Shown: one piece after another, positions 37,798-47,934 of the stretch
How the letters are laid out: the number at the start of each line of letters is the position of its first letter
Numbering within the stretch: the first letter of the stretch is position 1
From: a virus
Length of the DNA: 64,000 nt
IMG/VR virus record: IMGVR_UViG_3300047469_000197
Location: 1 to 64,000 of that record
Direction: 5' to 3' (one strand)
The notes under the pieces: generated by a model
Seen by the model: the letters and a program-made list of their open reading frames with translations, nothing else
Databases searched by the model: none
What the model was told of the DNA's origin: nothing
Position numbers and translations under genes: made by a program

Positions 37798-38829
37798 CTA
37801 CTTGCTGCGCTTCACCTCCTTGACCACGTCGAGCATGACCGACTTTTCGGCCTCGATATGGCGGATATAGCTCAGCACCTGTTCGGGCCGTTTCCACGTA
37901 CCCTCATGCATGATCTGCGCGAGAGTTTTCCCACGCATAGCCATGTCCTGAGCAGCGCCCACGCGCGGGCTGTGTCCCGTCCACGTCCGATAGTGCGGCC
38001 CGGTGGCTGGTGGTTTACCCAGCGCGTTCCAGGCGCGCCCGAAGATCTTGATAACATTTACACGCGTCATCGGCTTGTCGCCCGCATGCGCGTTGTTGTA
38101 GCGATCTACCTTACAGAAAATGTACTCTTCCGGTTTGTCACGAAGCCCAGCCAGCGACAGCCAGTCGAGAACCCAGGCGGCCACTTCCGGCGACAGCGCC
38201 TTTGCAATGCTGTTGGCTTCGTCAATGGTCTTGGTAAACCCGACATCAAAAACAATCGTACCGTTTGGGCGAAACCGCAGATCACCGACCTTCAGGCGCG
38301 CCACGTTGGAGATACGCAGTAGCGAACTGTAAGCCACGCCAATGAAGGCTAAATCGCGACGATCGGCAAGGCGCTCACTGGCTTCCCATAGGGCGGAAAT
38401 GCGAAACAGATCCTCAACATGCAGCGGCTCAGCCTGCGAAACTTCTTCGCCGGCACGGGTGGCGCGCTTGCGAATGGCCTTCATGCCCAACGATACATTC
38501 ATGTCGTCAGACGGGCGCGGCAGGCCTGCATGTTTGTGGAGCTTGTTAATCATGGCCATGTGCTGGTTAACGGTGCTGACTTTGCGCCCATGGTCATTTT
38601 TGAGGTGTAACAGATACTCCCGGACGTCTGCCGGAGAGGCGGGAAGCCACGTTTTTCCACGTTCAGTGCACCAGCGCGCCCATACGCGGACAACCGACAA
38701 CATCTGAGTCATGGTGTTATCTGAATAGGCGTCCTGGTTCTCAAACAGGATGCGCAGATTTTGCGCTACCCGTTCATCTAAATTGTCGGGCAGCGCCATA
38801 ACGCCAGTGCCGGTGTCGTTCTCGGACAT
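37798..38829 (-). CDS. cre: Cre-type tyrosine recombinase
   Basis: 343 aa; catalytic R (LLRIS), K (TKT), HxxR (GHSPRVGAAQDM), W and Y (SYIR). Confidence 0.95.
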   Translation of the reverse strand: MSENDTGTGVMALPDNLDERVAQNLRILFENQDAYSDNTMTQMLSVVRVWARWCTERGKTWLPASPADVREYLLHLKNDHGRKVSTVNQHMAMINKLHKHAGLPRPSDDMNVSLGMKAIRKRATRAGEEVSQAEPLHVEDLFRISALWEASERLADRRDLAFIGVAYSSLLRISNVARLKVGDLRFRPNGTIVFDVGFTKTIDEANSIAKALSPEVAAWVLDWLSLAGLRDKPEEYIFCKVDRYNNAHAGDKPMTRVNVIKIFGRAWNALGKPPATGPHYRTWTGHSPRVGAAQDMAMRGKTLAQIMHEGTWKRPEQVLSYIRHIEAEKSVMLDVVKEVKRSK

Positions 38830-38831
38830 AC

Positions 38832-39044
38832 TCAGCTCTCCTTGTCGCTGGAATGATCGGTAATCTCTTGACCGTTTGCATCCACCAGCGAACGCCAGGG
38901 CTTCATGAGTACGCCATCAATAACCACGCATCCTTTAGCCTTGTATCGTGACAACAGCTGCGGCGTCATACTATTGGCCTGAGCCATTCGTGTTAGATTG
39001 CCACCAAAATACTGCGCTGCGATCTCGTCAATTGTCTTTGCCAT
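38832..39044 (-). CDS. Cro-like HTH protein at the cra position
   Basis: FGGNLTRMAQANSMTPQLLSRY; directly upstream of cre. Confidence 0.65.
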   Translation of the reverse strand: MAKTIDEIAAQYFGGNLTRMAQANSMTPQLLSRYKAKGCVVIDGVLMKPWRSLVDANGQEITDHSSDKES

Positions 39045-39065
39045 CCGGGCTATCCTCTTTATCCA

Positions 39066-39089
39066 AAACAGATAATGTTTTATCTGTTT
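39066..39089. promoter_or_regulatory. Inverted repeat, putative operator of the cra-cre promoter
   Basis: AAACAGATAA-TGTT-TTATCTGTTT. Confidence 0.55.
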
Positions 39090-39255
39090 CAGATAATATT
39101 AGAATTCCCATCGGTTTGTCACGGTAATTTTTTTGCACTATGGCATGCCGGAGCCATCACTAATCGGCGCAATAGATGGCATCTTGTTAAGTTTATCTTA
39201 ACAAAAGAAATGTAGTGCCGTGGTAAACATGCGTCAACTTTTAAAGGCGCATAAC

Positions 39256-39513
39256 ATGGTTCCCAAACGGCTAAAAGCAGCACGGATCGCAGCAGGATTA
39301 ACACAGGAAAAGCTTGGGGTAATGGCGGGGATTGAAGAAGCCTCAGCACGTGCTCGCATGTCATATTATGAATCCGGCACCTACCACCCCAATTTTGACA
39401 CCGCCTGTCGGATTGCGGCGATCCTCGATGTACCCGAATGTTACCTTTACGCGGTCGATGACGATTTCGCGGCCTTTATCCTCACATCCTACCACCAGCA
39501 AAAACACAGCTAA
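39256..39513 (+). CDS. XRE-family transcriptional regulator
   Basis: RLKAARIAAGLTQEKLGVMAGIEE...RMSYYESG..HP. Confidence 0.85.
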   Translation: MVPKRLKAARIAAGLTQEKLGVMAGIEEASARARMSYYESGTYHPNFDTACRIAAILDVPECYLYAVDDDFAAFILTSYHQQKHS

Positions 39514-39924
39514 GCCAGATTTGGCGGGGCTTAATCGCCAGTTCAGCAGAAAATGAGACGTTGCTACGTGAATTCTTTTTTGGCGCGTGGGTATCAGGTC
39601 GCCAGATTTTGCGTAGCGTTACCAGGTTATTAACATGACTGGTGGCCAAGCAAGACATTTCTGATTTACTGCAGCGGCCAAATGCATATGTGAAGCGCGC
39701 CGGGGTTAGCAATTATTTTCGGCGTAACAAATCCACATCCCACCGGCAGAATACATACACAGGCAATAGTGTTGCATAGCTAACGCGGCCAAAAATACTT
39801 AGTGGTCGAATCGTTTCAAAAACCTTACACATAGACCGAAAAGCCGTCGGCAGGTGCACGGCGCACTGGTTAGACCAATCAACATGAGAAAACTTCATTT
39901 TTTGAGTGGTATCAGCCTCCTAAG

Positions 39925-39958
39925 CCAAGATTACATATTGGATGTTATGTAATCTTGG
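39925..39958. other. lox-type recombination site
   Basis: CCAAGATTACATA-TTGGATGT-TATGTAATCTTGG: perfect 13-bp arms and an asymmetric 8-bp spacer, between cre and c1. Confidence 0.88.
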
Positions 39959-40183
39959 TTGCCGATCGTCGCATGGTAACGGTTTCATTTGGTGATTATT
40001 AGTTTCATCCCCCTTACGCTTCCCTTACCCGATTACAGGACAATTTTTACCCAACGCATAACTATTTCATTTAAACCGGACCTAATGTCCGGTAGTGCCG
40101 TGGTTAATCACTATTTGAAATGATATATAAGGCCATTCCGAAAAAGTGTTAAAAGTAACAATATAATTTGACGAGCTGACAAG

Positions 40184-40387
40184 ATGACGATCACGGCAAC
40201 ACTCCCCGTAATAGAAGATGTAAATTGCGCCATAACCAAACTTCACATTGATGTGTGCCGACCTGGTGCCGTCTCCATTCTTGTAAAACACTTCTCCATC
40301 GTGTGCGGGACTGTACGCATGTCCAGTGAAAACCGTCGTGCCTTTAGAAATGCGCTGAGAAAAGTCTGTAATAGTGCAATAAACTAA
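40184..40387 (+). CDS. coi: C1 inactivator Coi homolog
   Basis: 67 aa immediately upstream of c1; P.I.DV....L.(I/V)D...A...H(F/Y)S pattern as in P1 Coi. Confidence 0.6.
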   Translation: MTITATLPVIEDVNCAITKLHIDVCRPGAVSILVKHFSIVCGTVRMSSENRRAFRNALRKVCNSAIN

Positions 40388-40498
40388 TAAAAAATTGTCA
40401 GCTACTGTCCTTTTGGTCGATTTAACCCTGGAAATATACTAATTTACTCCTTAGTTTAAGGCGTGCACGTTGCGCGCCTTGCTTGGAGAGTAATCAGT

Positions 40499-41365
40499 AT
40501 GCATGACATCAGAAAGGCTGAGATCTTGTATCAGGAATTCATTGAATTCCGGGACGCGTTTCTTACTAAAGCCCTATTAGAATCCGCAGCACACAGCACA
40601 AACATGCACGGGCAGAAATTCCGCCCCGTGGTTCAGGTTCCTGAGCGTAAGGCAAATTACTGGCGCGAGCAGATCGCCAAGTGGAATGAGTACGCCGAAC
40701 AGCTACGCCAGTATCCTGAGCTAGGCATTGAGAAATCCCTTTATGAGCCAGCCCCGAAGTACATCGAGGGAGCTAACCGCGTTCGTGTAAACGTTGTCCC
40801 GGCCATCACTTCGAAGAAGATTAGCCGTGAGGACGTTATCGATAAGATCAAGTCCACGATCGAGCAGTTCAAGGGCACAGAAGATACTAAACAATTCATT
40901 CAGAGCCTTGAAACCCAGCTGGAATTACTCAGCAGCCTTCCGCCGAAAACAGCGCTGCGCTTGCGCCGTGGCGGGTATGAGGATTTGATCTGCACCTACA
41001 ACACAACGGTTGAAAAGAAACTCATGGAACGCGTCACCGCGAACGGCGTTTTCTTTGATGATCGCGTGCTGCGTTATGGCCTGAAGCTCGGCGAAAAGAG
41101 CGCGAACGGTCGCACCTCTATCTATGACAACGTGCAGCCTCTGCCTATCACCGTCTATAAAGATTCCAAAATCTACCTGATTTCGGATATCGAACGCGCT
41201 ACCGCTGAAGTCCGTAACCCGGAAGTGGCCAAGGCCCGCACCCGTGAGTCATGGAACCGCGCCAACAGCAAACGCCGCGCCGGTACGGAGAAGAAAGCCG
41301 CTGCCGTCAAAGGTGCTGGCAATGCCGCCGGTGAAGTGAATCCAGCTGGTGGAGACACAGAATAA
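40499..41365 (+). CDS. c1: Primary repressor C1
   Basis: E.LYQEF..FRD.FL.KA, RPVV, L.QYP.L.I.K and KIY...DIE; GGAG RBS. Confidence 0.9.
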   Translation: MHDIRKAEILYQEFIEFRDAFLTKALLESAAHSTNMHGQKFRPVVQVPERKANYWREQIAKWNEYAEQLRQYPELGIEKSLYEPAPKYIEGANRVRVNVVPAITSKKISREDVIDKIKSTIEQFKGTEDTKQFIQSLETQLELLSSLPPKTALRLRRGGYEDLICTYNTTVEKKLMERVTANGVFFDDRVLRYGLKLGEKSANGRTSIYDNVQPLPITVYKDSKIYLISDIERATAEVRNPEVAKARTRESWNRANSKRRAGTEKKAAAVKGAGNAAGEVNPAGGDTE

Positions 41366-41389
41366 CCCTCCACCAGCCCGGAGGGTTTG

Positions 41390-42889
41390 TTAGTCCTTGA
41401 GCCAGTCCAGCGCCTCATTACGGCGGCTCTCATCGGCCCTGCTGATCACCTCGTTCGCCGGGATGTAATCTGCCAGTTGAGTAAAGCAGAAGGTATCCCA
41501 GTGATCGGGCGATTTCAGGTTAAGCTTCGCCCTCATCTGCTCTTTAGGCATGCACACCCATTGGCCTGCCTCATTGAGAAATACCGGGATTTTGCTCGCC
41601 TGGTCAGTGGTTTTCCCGCCCTTATCAAATTTCATACGGCCCTGTCGCACGGCGTTGGCCGCATAGACGTTTGCATATGCACGCTGGTTGATGAACCGCT
41701 TACGCAGCTCTTTGTTGTGAAGCGGGAAGCCCCATCGGATGCGCTGCGCAATCACGCCGTGCTTCTCTTCCAGTACGTCCGCCGTTGTGGCACCCACGCC
41801 ATCTCCATCGATAACAATCGTGATGTTCGGGTACACCTCCGGATCACATTCGCTGTAGATGTAGTCCGCGAAACGTGACGGGGTCACGGTGGATTCCATT
41901 TCCAGCACCTTAAATGGCACCACGCGCCGGTGTTTTCCGTAGCCACTGATGCGGAATATTGAGAGTACCGACTTATCGCGACCGTTACCCACGTCGCAGC
42001 ACGCCACCCAGCCCCAGCCCTTAGCCAGGTATACATTACGCCGCATTGCGCGATCGCAGTCGTCACGGCCCAGCAGGAAGCCGGATATGGAGGATGGGAA
42101 CTCACCGCGCACCTTGATGAGGTATTCCGGATTCTCCCGCCCGCCGTAGTCCACCAGCTTTTCCCGGATGAACTGCAGCGTAACCAGTGGCGACTCTTCG
42201 CTGTTGAGGCGGATCGCCCTATAGATGCCGTTCGGGTTCTCCGGAGTGACAGCCAGGCGGTGATGTGAGTCATAAAACTCCCCGCTGGTCCGCGTGGGCT
42301 GCGAGATGAGCAACAGGCGGTTATCTTCCTGCGTCAATGCGCCCTTGATGAAGCCAAACGCCTTATCTGATACGCCGGATGCCTCATCGATAATGTAAAG
42401 CAGGTGTTCGGCGTGTTCGCCGGCTAGCGCTTCTTCGTTACCCAAGCGGAAGCCTTTGGGCACCACTTCCCATGCACCCTTAGACTCGGTGGCGAAAAAC
42501 ATCATGTCCGTGAGCGTGAAGTACTGATTCAGCCACGGGAAGCGCTTAAGGCAGACTTTCCAGTTTTCACGGAGGTACTTGAATATCCCCGTCTTAACCT
42601 GCTGCAGCTTGTTCGCCACGATAATGACGCGGGCGCCGGGGAAGAACAGCATGTAGCAGAGAATCATGATTGAGGTCATATCTGACTTTCCGGTACCGTG
42701 TCCGGAGGCGACCGTGGTCTTACTGCCTCCTTCCTGTACGGCCTCAATAATCATTTCCTGCTGCCATGTCGGGATCTTGCCAAACATCACTTCTGCGGCG
42801 CTGATCCAGTCGTATCGGTACAACAGAACCAGCTCCTGCCAGCGCGGGTCATCTAATACCGAGCGCTTAGCCTTATTGCTGGTGGCCAT
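41390..42889 (-). CDS. pacB: Terminase large subunit PacB
   Basis: Walker A SGHGTGKS, Walker B IIDEA, nuclease DVGNG and SPD.WD. Confidence 0.95.
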   Translation of the reverse strand: MATSNKAKRSVLDDPRWQELVLLYRYDWISAAEVMFGKIPTWQQEMIIEAVQEGGSKTTVASGHGTGKSDMTSIMILCYMLFFPGARVIIVANKLQQVKTGIFKYLRENWKVCLKRFPWLNQYFTLTDMMFFATESKGAWEVVPKGFRLGNEEALAGEHAEHLLYIIDEASGVSDKAFGFIKGALTQEDNRLLLISQPTRTSGEFYDSHHRLAVTPENPNGIYRAIRLNSEESPLVTLQFIREKLVDYGGRENPEYLIKVRGEFPSSISGFLLGRDDCDRAMRRNVYLAKGWGWVACCDVGNGRDKSVLSIFRISGYGKHRRVVPFKVLEMESTVTPSRFADYIYSECDPEVYPNITIVIDGDGVGATTADVLEEKHGVIAQRIRWGFPLHNKELRKRFINQRAYANVYAANAVRQGRMKFDKGGKTTDQASKIPVFLNEAGQWVCMPKEQMRAKLNLKSPDHWDTFCFTQLADYIPANEVISRADESRRNEALDWLKD

Positions 42890-44102
42890 CGTCTACATCT
42901 CCATACAGATGGTTGTTAATCTCTTCGTCCGGCTCTTCACCATCAGCAAAGTCCGGCATCAGGTTCAGGTCATTCAGTGAGCCGTCAGCGGACACGTCAC
43001 CCGCCCCCATGTCGTCCACAATCACGTTGACGGCTTCCCGCTTCTCGGCCAGCGTGATTTCTAACTCGGCCATACGTGTGGCGCGCTGCTCACGTGCGCG
43101 GCGATCCAGCTCTGCCAGGTCAACAGGCTGTGAGTTAATGTCTTCTCCTGCCCCTTCTTTCATCTCTGCGCGGGCCAACTCCAGCAGCAGAGAAGGAACT
43201 TTGAAGCCGTTCGCCTCGATGTAGATGGCTGTTTCCATGGCGGTCCACTTCTCTGCCTTGCGGCGTGCGTAAGCCTCCATCACACGCTCTGGCTCTGAGA
43301 GTTTGCGCAGGTGGAGCTGCTGTTCGCGTTGGTCTTTGGAATAGCTCTGGCGGAGTCCGGCCATGGTGCGGGCGGTATCGTTGATGCTGGCTGCGGCTGC
43401 AGCGAGAACGGAAACGGCTTTGTTGATGGTGGGCGGCTCATCCTCGCCGGGTACGTGTTCTTCCAGGTGGGCGAGCATTTCAGTAACCGCGCGCTCAAGG
43501 GCAAACTGATTAACGAGGGCGCTGCGTATCATTCTCGCCTCAATGTCATCGACACCGGCGCGGCTCATCAGCGCCTCGGCTTCCGCGAGATCGTTGTCGT
43601 CCGGGACGAGGGCACCAACCAACACCTGGCCGCCAGCTTTACTCTGATCACCGGCGCGCCCCGACTTGGTCTTTTTGCCGACAACATCCATCAATTGTCC
43701 CGTGAGCACACTCGCGGGCGTTTCAGCACCGGGGGCCGTGTCGCGTGCCTTGGCGGCGCGCACCTGCTCACTTAACGCATTGATTTTACTGGCGGTGGTT
43801 TCCCGCTCGCCCACTGAGGTTTGATCACGCTTGTGATCAGTTTTGCTTTTGCGATCAATTGATCGCGGAGGTGTTTTTGATCGCGAAACTGATCGCGGGG
43901 CTGTTTTGGAGGCAGATTTAGCTCCCACCTGACTGGTTCCCACGCCCAGGTTACGGCGGGCTGTGCCGTGATTTAAATCATATAAATCAGCATATTCCTT
44001 TATCGTAACGTCCTGCTTCTGCCTCATCTGGGCTAGGCGTTCTCTGTGTTCATTCCAGTCCGTTTTCACTTCGCGATCACCGTCTATTACTACGTTGATC
44101 AC
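42873..44102 (-). CDS. pacA: Terminase small subunit PacA
   Basis: N-terminal HTH ([18 protein letters not shown]), A.YIEA.G.KVP; overlaps pacB. Confidence 0.88.
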   Translation of the reverse strand: MINVVIDGDREVKTDWNEHRERLAQMRQKQDVTIKEYADLYDLNHGTARRNLGVGTSQVGAKSASKTAPRSVSRSKTPPRSIDRKSKTDHKRDQTSVGERETTASKINALSEQVRAAKARDTAPGAETPASVLTGQLMDVVGKKTKSGRAGDQSKAGGQVLVGALVPDDNDLAEAEALMSRAGVDDIEARMIRSALVNQFALERAVTEMLAHLEEHVPGEDEPPTINKAVSVLAAAAASINDTARTMAGLRQSYSKDQREQQLHLRKLSEPERVMEAYARRKAEKWTAMETAIYIEANGFKVPSLLLELARAEMKEGAGEDINSQPVDLAELDRRAREQRATRMAELEITLAEKREAVNVIVDDMGAGDVSADGSLNDLNLMPDFADGEEPDEEINNHLYGDVDDGHQQ

Positions 44103-44160
44103 CGATTCTATTGATCGTTACATCTGCCGTGATCAAGGTTTTCTCGCACCCGGTGATCAC
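43820..44160. other. pac site (clustered TGATC(A/G) repeats)
   Basis: Two GATC clusters, at about 43822-43885 and 44074-44159, at the pacA 5' end, like the Dam-dependent P1 pac site. Confidence 0.8.
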
Positions 44161-44287
44161 GTTCTCGCCATTTGTCGGACGAATTACCGTTATTTTGTTG
44201 CAATTTACCCGACATTTCGTAAGATGAACCCGCAACAATCAATCAATCACTTATGTAATTCGCTTAAAAGTTAGGGAAAATTTAGAT

Positions 44288-45394
44288 ATGACTAAAAGTG
44301 CACAAACCCCTGTTTTCGTTGCTGTCGATGGTGGCTCAGGCAATATCGCAGTGCGTTACACCGACGATCAGGGCAATGACGTCTTCAAAATTTCACCGTC
44401 ACTCATTCGCCGTGGCCTGCTTCAGCAGGGTACGCAAGAATCTACTTCGACGTGGTTGACCGCCGATGGTGCGCTGTTCTCGGTTGTTGACGATGGCACC
44501 AGCATGGAGCTGGAGAACACCTGTGACACCATTTACCAGCTGTCTGCGCAAAACCGCGTCCTGGTGCTGGATGCACTGGTTAAAGCGGGCCTGAGCGGTC
44601 GTGACGTGGTTATCGCCGATACGCTGCCTGCCGATCAGTTCTATGGCGACAACGGCATTAACTACGCCCGCATTGAGGAAAAGAAAAAGAACCTCATGCA
44701 GCCGATCACCAGCTACACCGGTGCCATTAAGCCGCCGCGCGTTATCCACTCGGTGATCATGCCGGAAGCCGTTACCGCTTACGTCAGCGCCAGCGTCAGC
44801 CCGGACGGCACGCTCAACCCTGCGTTCGAAGGCGTGACGCGCTGCATCATTGTTGACCTTGGCCGCTTCACCTGCGATATCGCCGTGGTAAACAGCTCGC
44901 TTGACGTCCTGAACCGCATCACCACCGAGCACGGTATTCACGTGATGGTTCAGCGCCTCTATCACCTCATCCAGCTGCATGAGAAGGAGCTGGGCCTGAG
45001 TGAGTCCAAAGAGCTTAATATGGCGTCTATGGATGGCTTCATTGAGCGCGGCTACATTGGTTCACAGGCAAAAGCCCGCGAAGCACACCGTAAAGATATC
45101 CGCCCTCTGATTTTGCAGGCGGCGCAAGAGCTGGCTGAACAGATTAAGAGTGACATCCGCGCGGTGACGCACGGTTTCGCTGATGATATCGATATGCTGC
45201 TGTTTGTTGGCGGCGGGGCTAACTGGCTGGGCGGTGCGCTCGAGTTCGTTGGCGATCTGAGCAGTGACTGGCACGACTACACCCATATTCCGGCTCACCC
45301 GGAGCGGGCTGTCGTTGATGGTGCATTCCTCATGCTGGAGCAGCGTAAGGCGCACATCATGGCCGAGCTCACGAAGCCCGTAACGGAGGCGTGA
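44288..45394 (+). CDS. parM: Actin-like partition ATPase ParM/StbA
   Basis: VAVDGGSG, MPEA, IVDLGRFT.D and FVGGGA actin-fold motifs. Confidence 0.9.
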   Translation: MTKSAQTPVFVAVDGGSGNIAVRYTDDQGNDVFKISPSLIRRGLLQQGTQESTSTWLTADGALFSVVDDGTSMELENTCDTIYQLSAQNRVLVLDALVKAGLSGRDVVIADTLPADQFYGDNGINYARIEEKKKNLMQPITSYTGAIKPPRVIHSVIMPEAVTAYVSASVSPDGTLNPAFEGVTRCIIVDLGRFTCDIAVVNSSLDVLNRITTEHGIHVMVQRLYHLIQLHEKELGLSESKELNMASMDGFIERGYIGSQAKAREAHRKDIRPLILQAAQELAEQIKSDIRAVTHGFADDIDMLLFVGGGANWLGGALEFVGDLSSDWHDYTHIPAHPERAVVDGAFLMLEQRKAHIMAELTKPVTEA

Positions 45395-45395
45395 T

Positions 45396-45884
45396 ATGGC
45401 AGAGAATGACGCCCGCAAACGTGATGCTTTAACGTTTTCTATCACCGCCCAGGTGCGAAAATCAGCGGCTTCATGCCGTTTTGTAGATGAATTTCGTGCA
45501 TCGGGAGAACACGCCGAAAAGCGTGCCAAAGTGATTGCGGCGCTGCGTTCTGGTCAGATGCTTGAAGAGGCTGGCTTAGAGCCAGTCCTCGCATTCCTGG
45601 ACACGGAAGGGTTTGAAAACCTGAATGTGAGAGAGCGTCAGCTGCTTGTGCTGGCGCGATTGCAGGATTTTATGGGGGTTAATCCCCATACTGCACCCGT
45701 TGCCGTCCCGGTGGAGGTTGTCGCACAACCACCATCAGCCCAGGAACAGCAGGCAGAAGAGCCAGAAACTCAGCAGCAGGCCACATCCGAAAAACCGGAT
45801 GAAAAGCCACCAGCTGAACCACCAGTTGCAGATAAGAAGCCCAATCCGATGCTTGCTAATTTCGCCAGCAAGCTATCTGGCTAA
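45396..45884 (+). CDS. Putative ParR/StbB-like adaptor
   Basis: Coupled to parM; N-terminal strand-helix-helix, disordered linker, short C-terminal amphipathic helix. Confidence 0.6.
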   Translation: MAENDARKRDALTFSITAQVRKSAASCRFVDEFRASGEHAEKRAKVIAALRSGQMLEEAGLEPVLAFLDTEGFENLNVRERQLLVLARLQDFMGVNPHTAPVAVPVEVVAQPPSAQEQQAEEPETQQQATSEKPDEKPPAEPPVADKKPNPMLANFASKLSG

Positions 45885-46262
45885 TCGTGATCGTCCCATC
45901 AGTGAAAGGGCAAGGCGTAATATTTCGCTCTCTGCCCTTTCCTTCTCATCATCGCTCATCAGCATTACCGTCCGCCGCCTTGGGTCGATCCGTTCCGGAT
46001 TGCGACAGCGCTTAAAAAAGGCATCATCCAGGTGCTTGAGGTGGAAGGTTCGCGGCCTGACAGTATCATCAACAATACAGTCCGAATTATGCGATTTCGC
46101 GATAGACAGCATACGTAAGTACACTTCGCTAACCGACGAACGGTATTGTGGATAACGCTTTTTCAACCCTTCTGTAACCTCTCTGGCGCTGGCTGGTCTG
46201 CCATGCTCAATGAGGTACTGCGAAATCTCCCACGATGTAAATCTCTTGTGCTCGGCTGCCAA
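45873..46262 (-). CDS. lpa: Late promoter activator Lpa
   Basis: TS.EI..Y.I, SA.E, VYLR...IA.S, DD..RPR.F and DEKER. Confidence 0.85.
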   Translation of the reverse strand: MAAEHKRFTSWEISQYLIEHGRPASAREVTEGLKKRYPQYRSSVSEVYLRMLSIAKSHNSDCIVDDTVRPRTFHLKHLDDAFFKRCRNPERIDPRRRTVMLMSDDEKERAESEILRLALSLMGRSRLAR

Positions 46263-46481
46263 AGGCTACCCCGTCATAAGATTTCAGTTCGTGTGGGTTT
46301 AGCGGCTACCTAAGAATAAGGCGCGGTTAAGCGCCTTAAGGGACAAAATGGTAGTTATACGCTCAGATAATGCTAAAGCTGCTTTGCATGCACTCACGAT
46401 TAAACAGCAAGGAGGATAAGCGCATGGAAAACAGCCTCAACGTGAACGCGGCCAGGCTCGCGCTCGGAAGGGATTCTATAA

Positions 46482-46498
46482 CATAAGATACTAAATTT
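46482..46498. promoter_or_regulatory. C1 operator-like motif in the lpa promoter
   Basis: CATAAGATACTAAATTT, next to TAGAAT on the minus strand. Confidence 0.65.
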
Positions 46499-46524
46499 AC
46501 AAACTCTCGACGCCAGCGTGATTG

Positions 46525-47019
46525 TTATTTGACTACGCGCATGAGAGAAACAAACGTTCGGCTGTCATTTGACTCTTCCACCAGCTCGGCCCAGTCATCA
46601 GGTGGGTTGCCATCTTCCAGCATTCCCTTAAAGACGCGGTAAGCATCAGATTTAGAGCCATAGGTGCGTAATGTGGTTTCGTCATTCATCCAGGCCAGAA
46701 TAATTATCTTGCTCTGTGTGTCGTATCTGAAGAAGAGGCGATAACGTCCAGCTGCAAACTTTGCCCTGCGCCAGCCCCGATATCCTTCACCCAGCGTGTT
46801 CCCCTGACGGTATTCATTCCCGGATGGGTTAACGGTGATCCCCTCATTAATGACTTTCTTCACAACATCCAAAAGCTTGGTGCAACGCTTGCCCTGGAAA
46901 GTGTCCGGGTTTTTCTCTCGCTCTTTCTCGACCTGCTCAGTCAAGTTGGTAATCTGCTCTTGAAAGCACGGGTGGAGTAATACGGTCCACCCGTTTATTT
47001 TTTCTGACTCTGGGGTCAT
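46525..47019 (-). CDS. yhaV: Type II toxin YhaV (RelE-family RNase)
   Basis: INGW....HPCF, YRQGNTLG..Y..W.RAKF..GRYRLFFRY and TLRTYGSK.DAY.VF. Confidence 0.93.
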   Translation of the reverse strand: MTPESEKINGWTVLLHPCFQEQITNLTEQVEKEREKNPDTFQGKRCTKLLDVVKKVINEGITVNPSGNEYRQGNTLGEGYRGWRRAKFAAGRYRLFFRYDTQSKIIILAWMNDETTLRTYGSKSDAYRVFKGMLEDGNPPDDWAELVEESNDSRTFVSLMRVVK

Positions 47020-47387
47020 TAGTCGTCGTCCGTTAGTTCCGCGTCTATATCGGTGTCCATGCCAGCAGTCAGCTCGTTAATACGCGCAAACAATGATGCA
47101 TCAAGCGGCTTCAGATTTTGAGGGTTGGCCTCCATATCCTTATCCAGAAAACTCAGGAAGCTTTGGATCACCGGATCCAGGTGCTCTTCTTCTTCCTGCT
47201 GACGTGAAAGCATCACTTGGCCACCAGCCAAAAGTGAATACTCGAGATATTCACCCGGCATGAGGTGGAGCGCATCCCTGACTGCGGGCGGTATGGTTGT
47301 TTGACTGCGCTCTGTGAGGCGGGATTGCACTCTCAGCGCTACATCAGATTTTAAAATGTTCATAATTTGCTTTTTCCTCACAATCAA
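47019..47387 (-). CDS. prlF: Antitoxin PrlF (SohA), AbrB-type
   Basis: S.LT.R.QTTIP..VR.AL and DPVI..FL.FL..D. Confidence 0.92.
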   Translation of the reverse strand: MIVRKKQIMNILKSDVALRVQSRLTERSQTTIPPAVRDALHLMPGEYLEYSLLAGGQVMLSRQQEEEEHLDPVIQSFLSFLDKDMEANPQNLKPLDASLFARINELTAGMDTDIDAELTDDD

Positions 47388-47400
47388 CGCCTCAATAATA

Positions 47401-47431
47401 ATGCACCTGCATTACGAATGCAATTGCATTC
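47401..47431. promoter_or_regulatory. Tandem palindromes, putative PrlF-YhaV operator
   Basis: AATGCACCTGCATT-acg-AATGCAATTGCATT upstream of prlF. Confidence 0.6.
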
Positions 47432-47469
47432 ACTGGGGTTAGTTGCGTATTTACCCGGCTTAATTGATA

Positions 47470-47485
47470 CTGTATGAATATACAG
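47470..47485 (+). promoter_or_regulatory. LexA (SOS) box
   Basis: CTGTATGAATATACAG upstream of humD. Confidence 0.9.
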
Positions 47486-47504
47486 CTATTCCGGAGTGAG
47501 TATC

Positions 47505-47891
47505 ATGGGCTTTCCTTCCCCGGCGACCGACTACGTCGAACAACGGATCACTATCGACTCTCATGTTCATCTCAATCAGAACACCACTTACATCATGCTG
47601 TGCGGCGGGCATTACCCTGAAGTGGGTATTCTCAAAGGCTCAATGATGGCCGTTGATCGCTCAAGAACACCAGGGCATGGCCATATCGTGGTAGCGACGG
47701 TCGGAGGTGAGTTTGTAATGCGCAGGCTGTTAACCCGGCCATGTATGGCGCTGCAGGAGCTCGGAGGCGTGCAGACGATCCACAACATCAAAGAACCGGC
47801 TGATTTTATGGCTGATGATTCGCCCGTTTGGGGCGTGGTGGCTTACGTAGTGACGGATACAGCGGGGTTGGGGTTCAGGGGGGTTGATTGA
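47505..47891 (+). CDS. humD: UmuD'-like protein HumD
   Basis: Starts MGFPSPATDYVE; S24 fold without the catalytic Ser/Lys; SOS box upstream. Confidence 0.85.
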   Translation: MGFPSPATDYVEQRITIDSHVHLNQNTTYIMLCGGHYPEVGILKGSMMAVDRSRTPGHGHIVVATVGGEFVMRRLLTRPCMALQELGGVQTIHNIKEPADFMADDSPVWGVVAYVVTDTAGLGFRGVD

Positions 47892-47934
47892 CGATCCCCT
47901 CTCTGTTGAGGGAATCATACTTTAGGCGGTAATT

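Noticed and set aside
39066-39089. Inverted repeat near cre as the lox site
   Set aside because: 10-bp arms with a 4-bp spacer do not fit; 39925-39958 has the exact 13-8-13 layout.
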